Source: Treponemataceae bacterium
Lineage (GTDB): Bacteria > Spirochaetota > Spirochaetia > Treponematales > Rectinemataceae
Length of the DNA: 64,000 bases
Assembly (NCBI GenBank): GCA_963677895.2
Contig: CAXXGJ010000017.1
Span: 32,001-96,000 of the forward strand
Direction of reading: 5' to 3'
The notes under the pieces are model-generated. The model did no database searches. It was not told the DNA's origin and was given only the letters and a program-made list of their open reading frames with translations. Below, one piece after another: positions 52,992 to 62,991 of this stretch; the first letter of the stretch is position 1; every line of letters starts with the position of its first letter. The position numbers were made by a program, and so were the translations under genes.

Positions 52992-54500
52992 ATGAAAAGA
53001 GTATTTGTTGTAGCTATGGCTGTATGTTTCGTTTTGATGACAGCAGGTGCTACATGGGCGGCTGGGCCGTACAAGGATACAATTGTATTCGCTCAGGGTT
53101 CCGATATAACTTCACTGGATCCACATATCGGGAAACAGTTGCGCGCTTTTGCAGTGACATCAAACATGTTTGAACAGATAGTAAAGTTCGATGAAAACAT
53201 GCAGATCGTTCCGAGTTTAGCAAAAAGCTGGGAAAGAATTTCAAGTACTGAGATACAGTTCAAATTGCGAGAGGATGTAAAATGGCACGATGGCAGCCAG
53301 TTTACCGCCGATGATGTAAAGTTTAGTTACGATAGAATGATCGCAACACCAAACGTAGCAAACAACATTGCCTTCCTTGAATCATCAAAAGTGGTGGACA
53401 AATTCACAATCATATTAAAGACAAAGTATCCTTATGCACCGGTGTTAGCAGCATTAACAACTCCGCCATGCTCTATAGTACCAAAAAAAATAGTTGAGGC
53501 GAATCCGAAAGCATTTGCTCTCAACCCAATTGGTACTGGGCCATACAAATTCGTTGAATGGAAACCGGATGAGTATGTAAAGCTCGAGGCATTTGATGGA
53601 TATTACGGACAGAAAGCCAAAACAAAGTACGTAATGATGAAAGTAGTCCCTGAAAGCACTCAGCGAAGTATACAGCTAGAGACTGGCGAGATTGATGTGG
53701 CTTATGATATTCCCCCGAATGATGTTGTACGAATCCAAAACAGCAAAAAAATGACTTTACTCCAAGGAGAGTCGATGATGGTCTCTGACCTGAACATCAA
53801 CACTCAATCAAAAGGACCTCTTGGAAACAAGTTAGTTCGACAAGCTATAGCTTACGCAATCGATAGAAATTCTATTGTAAAGTATGTGCTTAGTGGAATA
53901 GGTATCCCTGGAACAATTTCAGTACCTCCTGCAGCGTTCGGATACAACGCAAATATTAAAGTACCTACTTATAATCTTGATAAAGCGAAAGCTCTCATGA
54001 AGCAAGCAGGTTATGCGAATGGATTCTCCTGTAGCGTATGGGTTGATGATGATCAGGTATATACTGAAGTCTGCACGGTGCTACAGAATCAACTCTCTGA
54101 AATTGGTATTACCCTTAAAATTGAAGTAATGAAACAGGCGACAAAGCTGAACAGGTTGGTTGAAAAGCAGGATTTCGATATGAATATTTCTTACTTCAAC
54201 AATCTAATAGGAGATGCTGACTACAATCTTTATAGCAATTACCATCCATCTTCCGCGAGTAACAACTCGTATTTCAACAACAAAGAGGTAACTGATCTCA
54301 TCATCAAAAGCCGAGAACAGTTCAAGGATAGCGACCGTAAAGCAATATTTGACAAGATATATAACATTCTGATGGATGAGACTCCAACAGTAGCACTTTA
54401 TTACAATAAGATGTGTGTTGGAATTTCCAATAAAGTTGAAGGATTTACCTTAAACAAAATTGGAGCTCATAAATATGTAAACGTCACAGTTAAAAAGTGA
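52992..54500 (+). CDS. Family 5 peptide-binding protein (DppA/GsiB-like)
   Basis: Signal peptide, SLDPH, PSLAKSW, WHDG..FTADDV, PIGTGPY, VRQAIAYAIDR; GGAGG RBS. Confidence 0.92.
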   Translation: MKRVFVVAMAVCFVLMTAGATWAAGPYKDTIVFAQGSDITSLDPHIGKQLRAFAVTSNMFEQIVKFDENMQIVPSLAKSWERISSTEIQFKLREDVKWHDGSQFTADDVKFSYDRMIATPNVANNIAFLESSKVVDKFTIILKTKYPYAPVLAALTTPPCSIVPKKIVEANPKAFALNPIGTGPYKFVEWKPDEYVKLEAFDGYYGQKAKTKYVMMKVVPESTQRSIQLETGEIDVAYDIPPNDVVRIQNSKKMTLLQGESMMVSDLNINTQSKGPLGNKLVRQAIAYAIDRNSIVKYVLSGIGIPGTISVPPAAFGYNANIKVPTYNLDKAKALMKQAGYANGFSCSVWVDDDQVYTEVCTVLQNQLSEIGITLKIEVMKQATKLNRLVEKQDFDMNISYFNNLIGDADYNLYSNYHPSSASNNSYFNNKEVTDLIIKSREQFKDSDRKAIFDKIYNILMDETPTVALYYNKMCVGISNKVEGFTLNKIGAHKYVNVTVKK

Positions 54501-54510
54501 TTGCAGTAAA

Positions 54511-54542
54511 ACTCGGGGCTAGCTATGATAGCGGCCCCGAGT
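54511..54542 (+). terminator. Hairpin after the peptide-binding protein gene
   Basis: actcggggc...gccccgagt. Confidence 0.65.
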
Positions 54543-54656
54543 CTTGATGTCAAACTGAAATTGCATATGAATAATAGTAAGCGTTCAAAGACTTATGCAA
54601 GAAAGAATAGCTTGTGTCTGCTAAGCTATAAGGTACAAAGAGCTCAGGTAACAGCC

Positions 54657-55223
54657 TCACACCCTCAACAAGCCGCGAAAACCTCGAACGCCATAATAGG
54701 ATTCTGCTCCATTGTGATACACGAAGACCCTGTCGTAGCGTCGATCGCCAAAAATCGCTCCCCCGAGTTTTCTTATCGCGGAAAGAGTATTTAGCCAGCT
54801 TGAAGTTTTCGTATCGAATTCCCCCAATTCTTGAAGTTTCCGATACTGGTCTTCCGTCAACAGTTCAATCCCCATGGCGGCTGCCATGTCGACCGCGGTA
54901 TTTTCCGGTTTATGCTCTTTTCTTGACTCGAGACCCTCACGGTCATAGCAGATGCTTCTTCGCCCTTTGGGACTTTCATCCGAGCAGTCGCAAAAAATGT
55001 ATTCATTCATCGCTTTGTCGAATCCGATGACATCAGGCTCGCCGCCAGTCTTTTCCATTTCGTTCAGCGACCAAAGCTTATCAGGGTTCGCGGCGATTTT
55101 CGCCTGAACTTCAACCCAACGCACGTCTTTATGACGGTTCATGTATTTATCGAATCGGGACTTCAGTGATTTCAGCAATGTCTCCCGCTGTTCCAGAGTA
55201 ACGCTTTTCGAACTGTTCATCAT
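54657..55223 (-). CDS. Conserved hypothetical protein (DUF4256-like)
   Basis: METGGEPDV, ESPKGRRSICYD, FDTKTSSW, YHNGAESYY..RGFRG. Confidence 0.8.
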   Translation of the reverse strand: MMNSSKSVTLEQRETLLKSLKSRFDKYMNRHKDVRWVEVQAKIAANPDKLWSLNEMEKTGGEPDVIGFDKAMNEYIFCDCSDESPKGRRSICYDREGLESRKEHKPENTAVDMAAAMGIELLTEDQYRKLQELGEFDTKTSSWLNTLSAIRKLGGAIFGDRRYDRVFVYHNGAESYYGVRGFRGLLRV

Positions 55224-55273
55224 CTCCTCCTTCTTTCATCGCCTTCTGCGAATATAACACTTATATAATGTAT

Positions 55274-55909
55274 TCATAAAAGGCTTGGAGATCGAGTTAA
55301 AAGCCAGCCGAATTCGGCGAGGATCATCGCGGTGAGCCCCCAGACTATCCTTCCCTCGAAATTGTAGCAGGGTACCGACCAGTCCTTGTCGTCGCGCCGC
55401 ATGGGAAAGGTTGAGATGGATGCCGGGTCCATCAGCGCCGCCAGGGGAATCTCGAACAGATCGTCCACTTCCTCCCGCTGAAGGCGATAGACGGGCATTT
55501 CCTCGGCGAAAGCGATGAAAGGGTGAACATGATAGCCTGAAGGCAGGGCCGAGATTTCGCTCAAGGCACCAAGGACCGACGATTCTGGCAGCCTGACGCC
55601 GATCTCTTCCTCCGTTTCGCGCAGCGCCGCGTCAAGGGGACTTTCGCCCGGCTCGAGGGCGCCGCCGGGGAAGGCTATCTGCCCGGCATGGTGCCTCAGG
55701 CTGCCGGGCCGTTCGATCAGAGGGAAGACTAATCCGTCGCGCGACGGATGCAGAAGGATCAGCACCGAAGCTTCACGGAATCCTTCCCTTTCTCGTCGCG
55801 GAACGAGCCCTTCATCTCCCCTGAAAGGAGGCGCCATGAACCTCCAGGCGTCGATGCCGGGCAGGTGCCTGAGAAGAGCCCGCCTTATGTCGCGACATTC
55901 GTCGCTCAA
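55274..55909 (-). CDS. Nudix CoA pyrophosphatase (NudL-like)
   Basis: HAGQIAFPGG followed by Nudix box G..EPGE..AALRETEEEIG, VWGLTA. Confidence 0.9.
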   Translation of the reverse strand: MSDECRDIRRALLRHLPGIDAWRFMAPPFRGDEGLVPRREREGFREASVLILLHPSRDGLVFPLIERPGSLRHHAGQIAFPGGALEPGESPLDAALRETEEEIGVRLPESSVLGALSEISALPSGYHVHPFIAFAEEMPVYRLQREEVDDLFEIPLAALMDPASISTFPMRRDDKDWSVPCYNFEGRIVWGLTAMILAEFGWLLTRSPSLL

Positions 55910-57798
55910 GCGCTCTCCAGCTTCTCGAACTGGCTGTTGTAGAGGTTCGCGTAGAATCCGCCGGCGGCGATGAGGCTCTCATGGGTGCCCTGCTCGACGA
56001 TGTCGCCGTGGTCCATCACGAGGATCCAGTCGGCGTCCCGTATGGTCGACAGGCGGTGGGCTATGATGAAACTCGTCCTGCCCTTCATGAGCACGCTCAT
56101 CGCTTTCTGTATGAGGACCTCGGTGTGGGTGTCCACCGAGCTCGTCGCCTCGTCGAGGATGAGCATCGGGGGGTTGGCGAGTATGGCCCTCGCTATGGTG
56201 AGAAGCTGCTTCTGGCCCTGCGAGATGTTGGTCGTTTCCTCGTTGAGCTCAGTCTGGTAGCCCTGCGGGAAGGCCCTGATGAAGTGGTCCACATGGGCCG
56301 CCTTGGCCGCTTCGACGACCTCCTCTTCGGAGGCGCCGATTTTTCCGTAGCGGATGTTGTCGAGGATGCTGCCGTTGAAAAGCCATGTATCCTGAAGCAC
56401 CATGCCGAACATACGCCGCAGATCGGCCCTCGCATACTCGCGGATATCCTTGCCGTCTATAAGAATGGCCCCTTCCTTCACGTCGTAGAAACGCATGAGG
56501 AGCTTCACGAGCGTCGTCTTGCCGGCGCCCGTCGGCCCCACGATGGCGACCCGCTTTCCGGGAGCTACCTTCGCCGAGAAGTCGTCGATGATGATTTTAT
56601 CTTCGAGATAACCGAAATGGACATTCCTGAACTCGACCGCTCCCTCGACCTTCGCGGGTTTCCGGGCATCGGCGTTGTCCGCCGCTTCCTCGGCCTCTTC
56701 CAGGAATTCGAATACCCTCTCGGCCGAAGCGGCCGTCTGCTGCAGGACGTTGGAAATGTTCGCGATCTGGCTTATCGGCTGCGTGAATGAGCGGACATAC
56801 TGGATGAATGCCTGGATATCGCCGAGGCTTATCGCTTTCTTGGCCGCGAGGTAGCCGCCCACGATGGTGACGCCCACATAGCCGAGATTCCCCACGAAGT
56901 TCATCATGGGCATCATGATTCCAGAGAGGAATTGGGATTTCCACGCCGAATGGTAGAGCGAGTCGTTGATGCCTTCGAACTTCGCTATGTTCTTCGCTTC
57001 GCCGTTGAAGGCTTTTACCACGGCATGGCTGCCGAACATTTCCTCGATATGGCCGTTCGCGTGGCCGAGAAATTCCTGCTGCTGCTTGAAGTACTTCTGC
57101 GACTGGTTGACGATGAGCCGGATCAGGACCATCGACAGCGGTAGGATGAGAAGAGCGACGAGGGTCATCTGCCAGCTTATGGTCAGCATCATCACGAGAA
57201 CGCCCAGGACGGTGACGAGCGAAGTGATCATCTGCGTCAGGCTCTGGCTCAAGGTCTGGTTGACCGTGTCCACATCGTTGGTCATGCGTGAGAGCACCTC
57301 GCCGTGGCTCGTGCCGTCGAAATACCTGAGCGGCATCCTGTTGATCTTGGCGAGTATATCCTTGCGGAATTGATAGGTGATCTTGATCGAAACACCTGAC
57401 ATGATCCAGCCCTGGATGTAGCTGAAGAACGCCGACACGAGGTAAAGCCCCAGGACGCCGAGCAGGATCCTGCCGATGGCCGGAAGATCGATGCCGCCGG
57501 ATTTCCCGGCCATCTGCGCCATGACGCCTTCGAAGAGTTTGGTCGTCGCCTTGCCCAGGATTTTGGGACCGAGTATGGAAAATACCGTGGAAGCGACCGC
57601 GAATATAAACACGATTACTATCGGGAGCTTGAATGGACCGAGGTAACCGATGAGCTTTTTCATCGTACCCTTGAAATTGCGGGCTTTTTCGCCCTTCATT
57701 ATGGCAGCCGGGCCGCCGGGGCCACCTCTGCCGAAAGCCGTTCCGGGACGCATCCCCGATCTGCCCGTCTGTCCTGTCGGATTATGCATGTCACTCAT
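55906..57798 (-). CDS. Heterodimeric ABC exporter subunit (TM288-like)
   Basis: TMD plus NBD: GPTGAGKT, ISQGQKQ, LDEATS, IAHR. Confidence 0.93.
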   Translation of the reverse strand: MSDMHNPTGQTGRSGMRPGTAFGRGGPGGPAAIMKGEKARNFKGTMKKLIGYLGPFKLPIVIVFIFAVASTVFSILGPKILGKATTKLFEGVMAQMAGKSGGIDLPAIGRILLGVLGLYLVSAFFSYIQGWIMSGVSIKITYQFRKDILAKINRMPLRYFDGTSHGEVLSRMTNDVDTVNQTLSQSLTQMITSLVTVLGVLVMMLTISWQMTLVALLILPLSMVLIRLIVNQSQKYFKQQQEFLGHANGHIEEMFGSHAVVKAFNGEAKNIAKFEGINDSLYHSAWKSQFLSGIMMPMMNFVGNLGYVGVTIVGGYLAAKKAISLGDIQAFIQYVRSFTQPISQIANISNVLQQTAASAERVFEFLEEAEEAADNADARKPAKVEGAVEFRNVHFGYLEDKIIIDDFSAKVAPGKRVAIVGPTGAGKTTLVKLLMRFYDVKEGAILIDGKDIREYARADLRRMFGMVLQDTWLFNGSILDNIRYGKIGASEEEVVEAAKAAHVDHFIRAFPQGYQTELNEETTNISQGQKQLLTIARAILANPPMLILDEATSSVDTHTEVLIQKAMSVLMKGRTSFIIAHRLSTIRDADWILVMDHGDIVEQGTHESLIAAGGFYANLYNSQFEKLESA

Positions 57799-59870
57799 GC
57801 CAGTTCCTCCTGCTTCAGCTGCGACATCGCGATATCGCGGTAGACTTCGCAGGTTTCCATGAGTTCATGGTGCGTGCCCTGCCCCACGAGCCGGCCCTCG
57901 TCGAGGACGAGTATCTGGTCGGCCTGTTTTATGGCGGCGACGCGCTGGGTTACCAGAAGTATGGTGCTCTGGCTCAAGGATGCCTTGAGCGCCTGCCTCA
58001 GGAGCGTATCGGTCTTGAAATCGAGGGCCGAAAAGCTGTCGTCGAAAATATAGATTGGTGCCTTCTTGACGATGGCGCGCGCGATCGTCAGGCGCTGTCT
58101 CTGGCCGCCCGACACGTTGCCGCCCCCCTGGGAAATCTCGAGGCCAATACCTTCCGGTTTCACGTCGACAAATTCCTTCGCCTGGGAAATCTCGAGGGCG
58201 AGCGCCATATCTTCCCTGGAGGCATTCTCGTCGGCATAGAGCAGATTGCTTTCGACCGTGCCCGAGAAAAGCGAAGCCTTCTGCGGCACGAAGCCGATCT
58301 TCGAGCGCAGCGCTTCCTGCGAAACCGCCCTGACATCGATGCCTCCGACCCTGATCGAGCCCTCGGTCGCGTCGTAGAAGCGCGGGATGAGGCTCACCAG
58401 GGTGGACTTGCCCGATCCCGTCGTGCCGATGATGGCTGTCGTCTGGCCGGGCTTCGCCGTGAAGCTGATTTTGCTCAATACATCATCGGTCGCTCCCGGG
58501 TAGCGGAAACTCACGTCCTTGAATTCGATGGTACCTGCGAAATCAGCGCCGTAGACGAGAGGAGTCTTGGGATCGACGATGCTCGGCTCGGTGGCGAGCA
58601 CTTCCGCTATTCTGTCGGCCGAAACCGAGGCTCTCGGCAGGATGATGAACATCATCGAGAGCATGATGAAGGCGAAGAATATCTGCATGGCGTACTGCAT
58701 GAACGCCATCATGTCGCCGACCCTGATCTGCGAAAGGGCTACTTCATGAGCCCCCGTCCAGACGATGAGGAGGGACACGAGGTTCATGATGAGCATCATG
58801 AGAGGCATGAGGACTACCATGACCCGCGTCACGAAGAGCATCGTTCCCGTCAGGTCCCTGTTCGCCTTGTCGAATCGCTCCTCCTCCCGACCCTGCATGG
58901 CGAAGGCGCGGATGACCATCATGCCTGACAGGTTCTCCCTCACGACGAGGTTGAGTTTGTCGATGAGTTTCTGGATGCTCTTGAACTTGGGCAGGGCTAT
59001 CGCGAAAACGACCGCGATGACGCCGAGGATGATGGACACCGCCAGCGCTATGATCCACCACATGGAGGAAGCCTTCCCCGTCGCCCTTATGACGCCGCCT
59101 ATGCCGATGATCGGCGCGTAGAAGAACATCCGCAATCCCATGACCGTGACCATCTGCATCTGCGTGATGTCGTTGGTCGAGCGGGTGATGAGCGAGGCGG
59201 TGGAGTATTTGTCCAGTTCGGCGAAGGAGAAATTCTCGACCTTCCGGAAGAGGTTCACGCGCAGGTCCCGGGCGAAACCCGCCGCCGTGCGCGCTCCGAG
59301 GAAGCCGACGATGACGGTGGCGACGACGGAGACGAGAGTCAATAGAAGCATGAGACCGCCTACCGAAAGAATGTAGGAAGTCTGCAGGGCGACGGTATCC
59401 ATGCCCAACCTTTCGTATTCACCCTTGACGGCCTGGACGCCCATCTGGGTGATGACGGAAGGATCGATGCCCGTCATCCTGGACGAAATCGCGCCCAACA
59501 TCAGCGCGTTGAGACGGCTCCTCGCCGTCGCGTCTATCTTTTTCAGGATATAGAGAGGCTCGCTCCCTGCGTTGGGATATTTTTTGAGAAGAGCCTGGTG
59601 GGCTTCAGAGCCCGGCTCGAAGCGATCGTAGGCCGCGAGGATGGCGGCGCCCTCCTCCGGGGAGGTGAGCTTGAGGACCATGTCGAACTTGTTCCCGCCC
59701 ATCGCCTGAGGCAGGGAATCTTCGATACCGCCCTGCTGGATGCCAGTGTTCACGATCCTCGACATGTAGTCGGGCAGCGCCAGATCGGCGTTGGCCTGGA
59801 GAAAGAGCAGAACGACGATAAGGACGATCGAAGCCACATAAGGCTTCAGATAACGCATCAATCGCATCAT
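57795..59870 (-). CDS. Heterodimeric ABC exporter subunit (TM287-like, degenerate motifs)
   Basis: TMD plus NBD: GTTGSGKS, VSGGQRQR, Walker B FDDS (E to D), switch TQR (H to Q). Confidence 0.93.
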   Translation of the reverse strand: MMRLMRYLKPYVASIVLIVVLLFLQANADLALPDYMSRIVNTGIQQGGIEDSLPQAMGGNKFDMVLKLTSPEEGAAILAAYDRFEPGSEAHQALLKKYPNAGSEPLYILKKIDATARSRLNALMLGAISSRMTGIDPSVITQMGVQAVKGEYERLGMDTVALQTSYILSVGGLMLLLTLVSVVATVIVGFLGARTAAGFARDLRVNLFRKVENFSFAELDKYSTASLITRSTNDITQMQMVTVMGLRMFFYAPIIGIGGVIRATGKASSMWWIIALAVSIILGVIAVVFAIALPKFKSIQKLIDKLNLVVRENLSGMMVIRAFAMQGREEERFDKANRDLTGTMLFVTRVMVVLMPLMMLIMNLVSLLIVWTGAHEVALSQIRVGDMMAFMQYAMQIFFAFIMLSMMFIILPRASVSADRIAEVLATEPSIVDPKTPLVYGADFAGTIEFKDVSFRYPGATDDVLSKISFTAKPGQTTAIIGTTGSGKSTLVSLIPRFYDATEGSIRVGGIDVRAVSQEALRSKIGFVPQKASLFSGTVESNLLYADENASREDMALALEISQAKEFVDVKPEGIGLEISQGGGNVSGGQRQRLTIARAIVKKAPIYIFDDSFSALDFKTDTLLRQALKASLSQSTILLVTQRVAAIKQADQILVLDEGRLVGQGTHHELMETCEVYRDIAMSQLKQEELA

Positions 59871-60358
59871 GAGTGTATGGTTCCTTCTCCCTCGCAGTGG
59901 GGATTCTTCACATTACCTTCAAGGGCCCTGGCCTTTCCTACGAGCATGGCTATGGTTTCGTTCGCGGCGCGCCTTTCTTCCATAGACAGGGAATCGACGA
60001 GATCTTTGATCCAGCGCTGACGCACATGGATGCCTTTCTGGAGGAAGGCCTGCCCTTTGTCGGTCAAGGTAAGGCATTTGCCGCGCCTGTCATCGGGATT
60101 TTCGCTGCGCTGTATGAAACCTTGCTGGACCAGCCGGTCCAGCATCTGGCTCGCGGCGGCGCTCGAGACCTGGAGGTCCTCGCCGACATCGGCTACGCCG
60201 CAGCGCCCGTTTCGCTTGATCTTGAAGAGGGCGACGGTCTGCGACATCGACAGCCCATTCTCTTTCGTGTAGTGGACGAGGCCGTGCATGGAGTGGCGCA
60301 TGACCAGCCGGGTCCACTCCCCCATCGTCTCCAGAAATTCCGTTTCGTTGGGCAACAT
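59867..60358 (-). CDS. MarR-family regulator of the exporter
   Basis: GLSMSQ, SSAAASQMLDRL, DDRR..LTDKG; overlaps the exporter start. Confidence 0.92.
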   Translation of the reverse strand: MLPNETEFLETMGEWTRLVMRHSMHGLVHYTKENGLSMSQTVALFKIKRNGRCGVADVGEDLQVSSAAASQMLDRLVQQGFIQRSENPDDRRGKCLTLTDKGQAFLQKGIHVRQRWIKDLVDSLSMEERRAANETIAMLVGKARALEGNVKNPHCEGEGTIHS

Positions 60359-60370
60359 AAGATCCTTAAA

Positions 60371-60415
60371 TAATTAAGATTACTTAATTATAAAGAAATC
60401 TTTTATTTTAGTCAA
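60371..60415 (-). promoter_or_regulatory. Sigma70 promoter overlapped by a MarR-type operator
   Basis: TTGACT(60415-10)-17-TATAAT(60392-87); palindrome TAATTAAG-atta-CTTAATTA at 60371-60390. Confidence 0.8.
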
Positions 60416-60429
60416 CTTGTCCGCGTCAT

Positions 60430-61038
60430 CTAGGCAGGGCGCTGGATGGCGTTGAAATAGTCCTCCACGAGAAGGGCGACGCATTCTTCTTCGCTCTTCC
60501 CCACCGATGGCGCGGAAATGACTCCAGGCGCGACGGCGGGACAGACCATGGCGGCGAAAAGCGCCTCGGTGCGCACCCGGAGCGTCCAGTCAGGATCGAT
60601 GCCGAGGGCAGCGGCCACGCGGAGCTCGCATTCGGCGACGAATTCCCAGAAGTTCGATCCAGCGCGCGACGATGAGAGGGAAGCGTCCGCGCGGCCGCCG
60701 TCCAGCGCGCCCAGGAAGTGGAGTCGCGTCACGGTCGGATAGCGCAGGGCTCCAAGGCGCAGAAAGGTGGCGATTTCCAGGATCCCGGCCTTGGGGTCCC
60801 ATGGCTGAACGTTCAGGAAGCCCTGAAGATCCTCGAGAGCGTTCTTCCATGAAGCGGCCAAGGCAGCCGCCATGAGGGCGTCCTTCGTTCGGTAGTGATA
60901 GTTGATGGCCGCGAGATTGACCTTAGCCTCCGTCGAGATGGCTCTGGCCGTCGCGGCCTCGATACCCTTCTTCTCTATGATGTCGATCGCGGCGGCAAGG
61001 ATTCTCTCCCTTGTGCCTTCTTCGTTTTTCTCAGGCAT
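60430..61038 (-). CDS. TetR/AcrR-family regulator
   Basis: TRERILAAA...ATARAISTEAKVNLAAINYHYRTKD. Confidence 0.92.
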   Translation of the reverse strand: MPEKNEEGTRERILAAAIDIIEKKGIEAATARAISTEAKVNLAAINYHYRTKDALMAAALAASWKNALEDLQGFLNVQPWDPKAGILEIATFLRLGALRYPTVTRLHFLGALDGGRADASLSSSRAGSNFWEFVAECELRVAAALGIDPDWTLRVRTEALFAAMVCPAVAPGVISAPSVGKSEEECVALLVEDYFNAIQRPA

Positions 61039-61948
61039 CGCTTCCCCCTTGGCCGCCGCCGAGCGCCTTCTCCACCATCGCTTCGCTCAATTCCCAGAGC
61101 CGGCGCGCGGCGGCCGCGTCATAGGAGCGGCGGGACGATCGCAGCGGAACGGCGTCGCGCCAGTACAGCCCCGTTCGTCCCGCCGCTTCCGGCGAAGAAA
61201 GGAGCGCGGCTATCCCCGAAGCCGGCCGAGCCGGACTCGTGCCGCCTCTCCTTCTCAGGCTCCAGAAAAGCCCGGTGAGACCCCGCGCGTGCTTCTGTCC
61301 CATATCGGTGTTGACAAGCCCCGGATCTATGGTGAAGACCGTCGGCTTTCCTTCTCCCGATCCAGCCTTGAGCGCGCCAGTTTCCAGCCTGCGAGCGAGT
61401 TCGTAGGAGAACAGCACGTTGGCCAGCTTCGACTGTTCGTAAGCCCATAGGCTTAAATATTTCCCCTCGAGGCTGGGATCATTCCAGCGTATCCATCCAT
61501 AGTAATGCGATCCCGAACTGACGGTCGCGATCCTGGAGCCGGCGCTCATCGCGGGCAGAAGTTTTGTCGTGAGGAGGAAAGGAGCGAGGTGATTGACGGC
61601 GAACTGCGTCTCCAGGCCTTCCGCCGTGAGCGTTCTCTTTGCGGTGTAGACACCCGCGCAGTTCACGAGAGCGTCGATAGGCTTGCCGGAATCGGCGAGA
61701 CGCGAGGCGAGATCGGCCACTTCGGTCATGAGACTCAGGTCGGCGAGCTCCTGTTGCGGGGGAGGCGCTCCCGCCTTTCCCGCCGCGCTCTCAAAAGCCT
61801 TGGCGGCAGCGGCCGTCCGCCCCGGATCGCGCCCGACGAAGACCAATTCGGCTCCTAGCCCCAGGAGCGCCTCGACCGTGGCATAGCCGATGCCCGATGT
61901 CGCCCCCGTGACGACGCAGCGCTTTCCCTTCAACGAACTGGCATTCAT
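61031..61948 (-). CDS. Short-chain dehydrogenase (retinol-dehydrogenase-like)
   Basis: TGATSGIG, NCAG, FAVNHL, YEQSK; GGAGG RBS before ATG 61948. Confidence 0.9.
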   Translation of the reverse strand: MNASSLKGKRCVVTGATSGIGYATVEALLGLGAELVFVGRDPGRTAAAAKAFESAAGKAGAPPPQQELADLSLMTEVADLASRLADSGKPIDALVNCAGVYTAKRTLTAEGLETQFAVNHLAPFLLTTKLLPAMSAGSRIATVSSGSHYYGWIRWNDPSLEGKYLSLWAYEQSKLANVLFSYELARRLETGALKAGSGEGKPTVFTIDPGLVNTDMGQKHARGLTGLFWSLRRRGGTSPARPASGIAALLSSPEAAGRTGLYWRDAVPLRSSRRSYDAAAARRLWELSEAMVEKALGGGQGGSDA

Positions 61949-61975
61949 CCCGCACCTCCGCATGATGTCATAAAA

Positions 61976-62091
61976 AAAGTAGCAGAATTGAAGGCTAGCG
62001 TCAAGTCTTGTTTTATACGATTGTTTTAAACATTGTTTGACATTTTATTAGGAGTGAGATATATTGAATCACACGTTTCAAACAGATGTTT
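61976..62091. promoter_or_regulatory. Divergent promoters with palindromic AAACA-N1/2-TGTTT sites (likely TetR operators)
   Basis: Plus TTGACA(62037)-17-TATATT; minus TTGACG(62004)-17-TACTTT; palindromes at 62028-62038 and 62080-62091. Confidence 0.6.
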
Positions 62092-62109
62092 TAATACGGA
62101 GTAAAAGCG

Positions 62110-62991
62110 ATGGAAAAAGCAGCAGAATTCGCTGTCGTCACCGGCGCGAGCCAAGGCTTGGGAAAGGCCTTCGCCGATACATTATCGACCAAAGGCTGGA
62201 ACCTCATACTGGTCGCTCTTCCGGGAACGGGTCTGCCGGTCTTCGCGGAGGAGCTGCGCCGTCTCCATGGCTCGATCGTCTTCGCCCTCGAGCTGGATCT
62301 CTCCACGGCAAGCGCCCAGCAAGAATTTCTCGCCTTCGCCCTCGCCGACGAAAGACCCGTCTCCCTCCTCGTCAACAACATGGGCATAGGCGACAACGGT
62401 CTTTTCGATCTCATCCCCATAGAGTTCCAGCGGAGAGTCGTCGACGTAAACATCCAGGCCACCATGGCCATCACCTACGGCCTCGTCGAAAGACTCGCCG
62501 CGAGCAAGGGCAGAATCCTCACCGTCGCAAGCCTGGCGGCCTTCTACCCCATGCCGCTTTTCGCGGTCTATGCCGCGAGCAAATCCTTCCTTCTTCACTG
62601 GAGCATAGCCCTCAGACATGAACTCGCTCCCCTCGGCATCTCGGTCACCGCCCTCACGCCGGGAGGAATCTATACGAGCGAGGCGATCAGGGAGAAGACG
62701 AATTCACAAGGCTTTTTCGGCCGCCTCTCATCGAAGGAACCTGCCCAAGTCGCCCAGACGGCCCTGCGGGGTGCTTTCGCGGGCAAAGCCCTCGTCGTGC
62801 CGGGATTTTTCAACAAGACTCTGATGGTGCTGGGAAGCAGATCGCCCAAGGACATGACGGCGAAGGCAATATTTAGGCGTTGGCGCGGCGCCCTGGGGAA
62901 GGTGAAGGAAAGCCATGACTGCGGCTGGTTCAATCGGCCCGCGCCGAAGCTCAGGCATGACTTAGCCGAACAGCATCACTTCGTCGAATAA
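62110..62991 (+). CDS. Classical short-chain dehydrogenase
   Basis: TGASQGLG, LVNNMG, ASLA, YAASK. Confidence 0.9.
   Translation: MEKAAEFAVVTGASQGLGKAFADTLSTKGWNLILVALPGTGLPVFAEELRRLHGSIVFALELDLSTASAQQEFLAFALADERPVSLLVNNMGIGDNGLFDLIPIEFQRRVVDVNIQATMAITYGLVERLAASKGRILTVASLAAFYPMPLFAVYAASKSFLLHWSIALRHELAPLGISVTALTPGGIYTSEAIREKTNSQGFFGRLSSKEPAQVAQTALRGAFAGKALVVPGFFNKTLMVLGSRSPKDMTAKAIFRRWRGALGKVKESHDCGWFNRPAPKLRHDLAEQHHFVE

Larger units (their letters stand above)
44840..55270. other. AT-rich genomic island for peptide utilisation; boundaries approximate
   Basis: Abrupt switch to AT-rich codons after the groEL terminator; hand-counted 60-nt lines give 15/60 and 28/60 GC inside versus 39/60 in groEL; no mobility gene seen. 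Confidence 0.85.

Noticed and set aside
57795..59870. Degenerate Walker B and switch motifs as a sign of a pseudogene
   Set aside because: Normal for one subunit of TM287/288-type heterodimeric exporters
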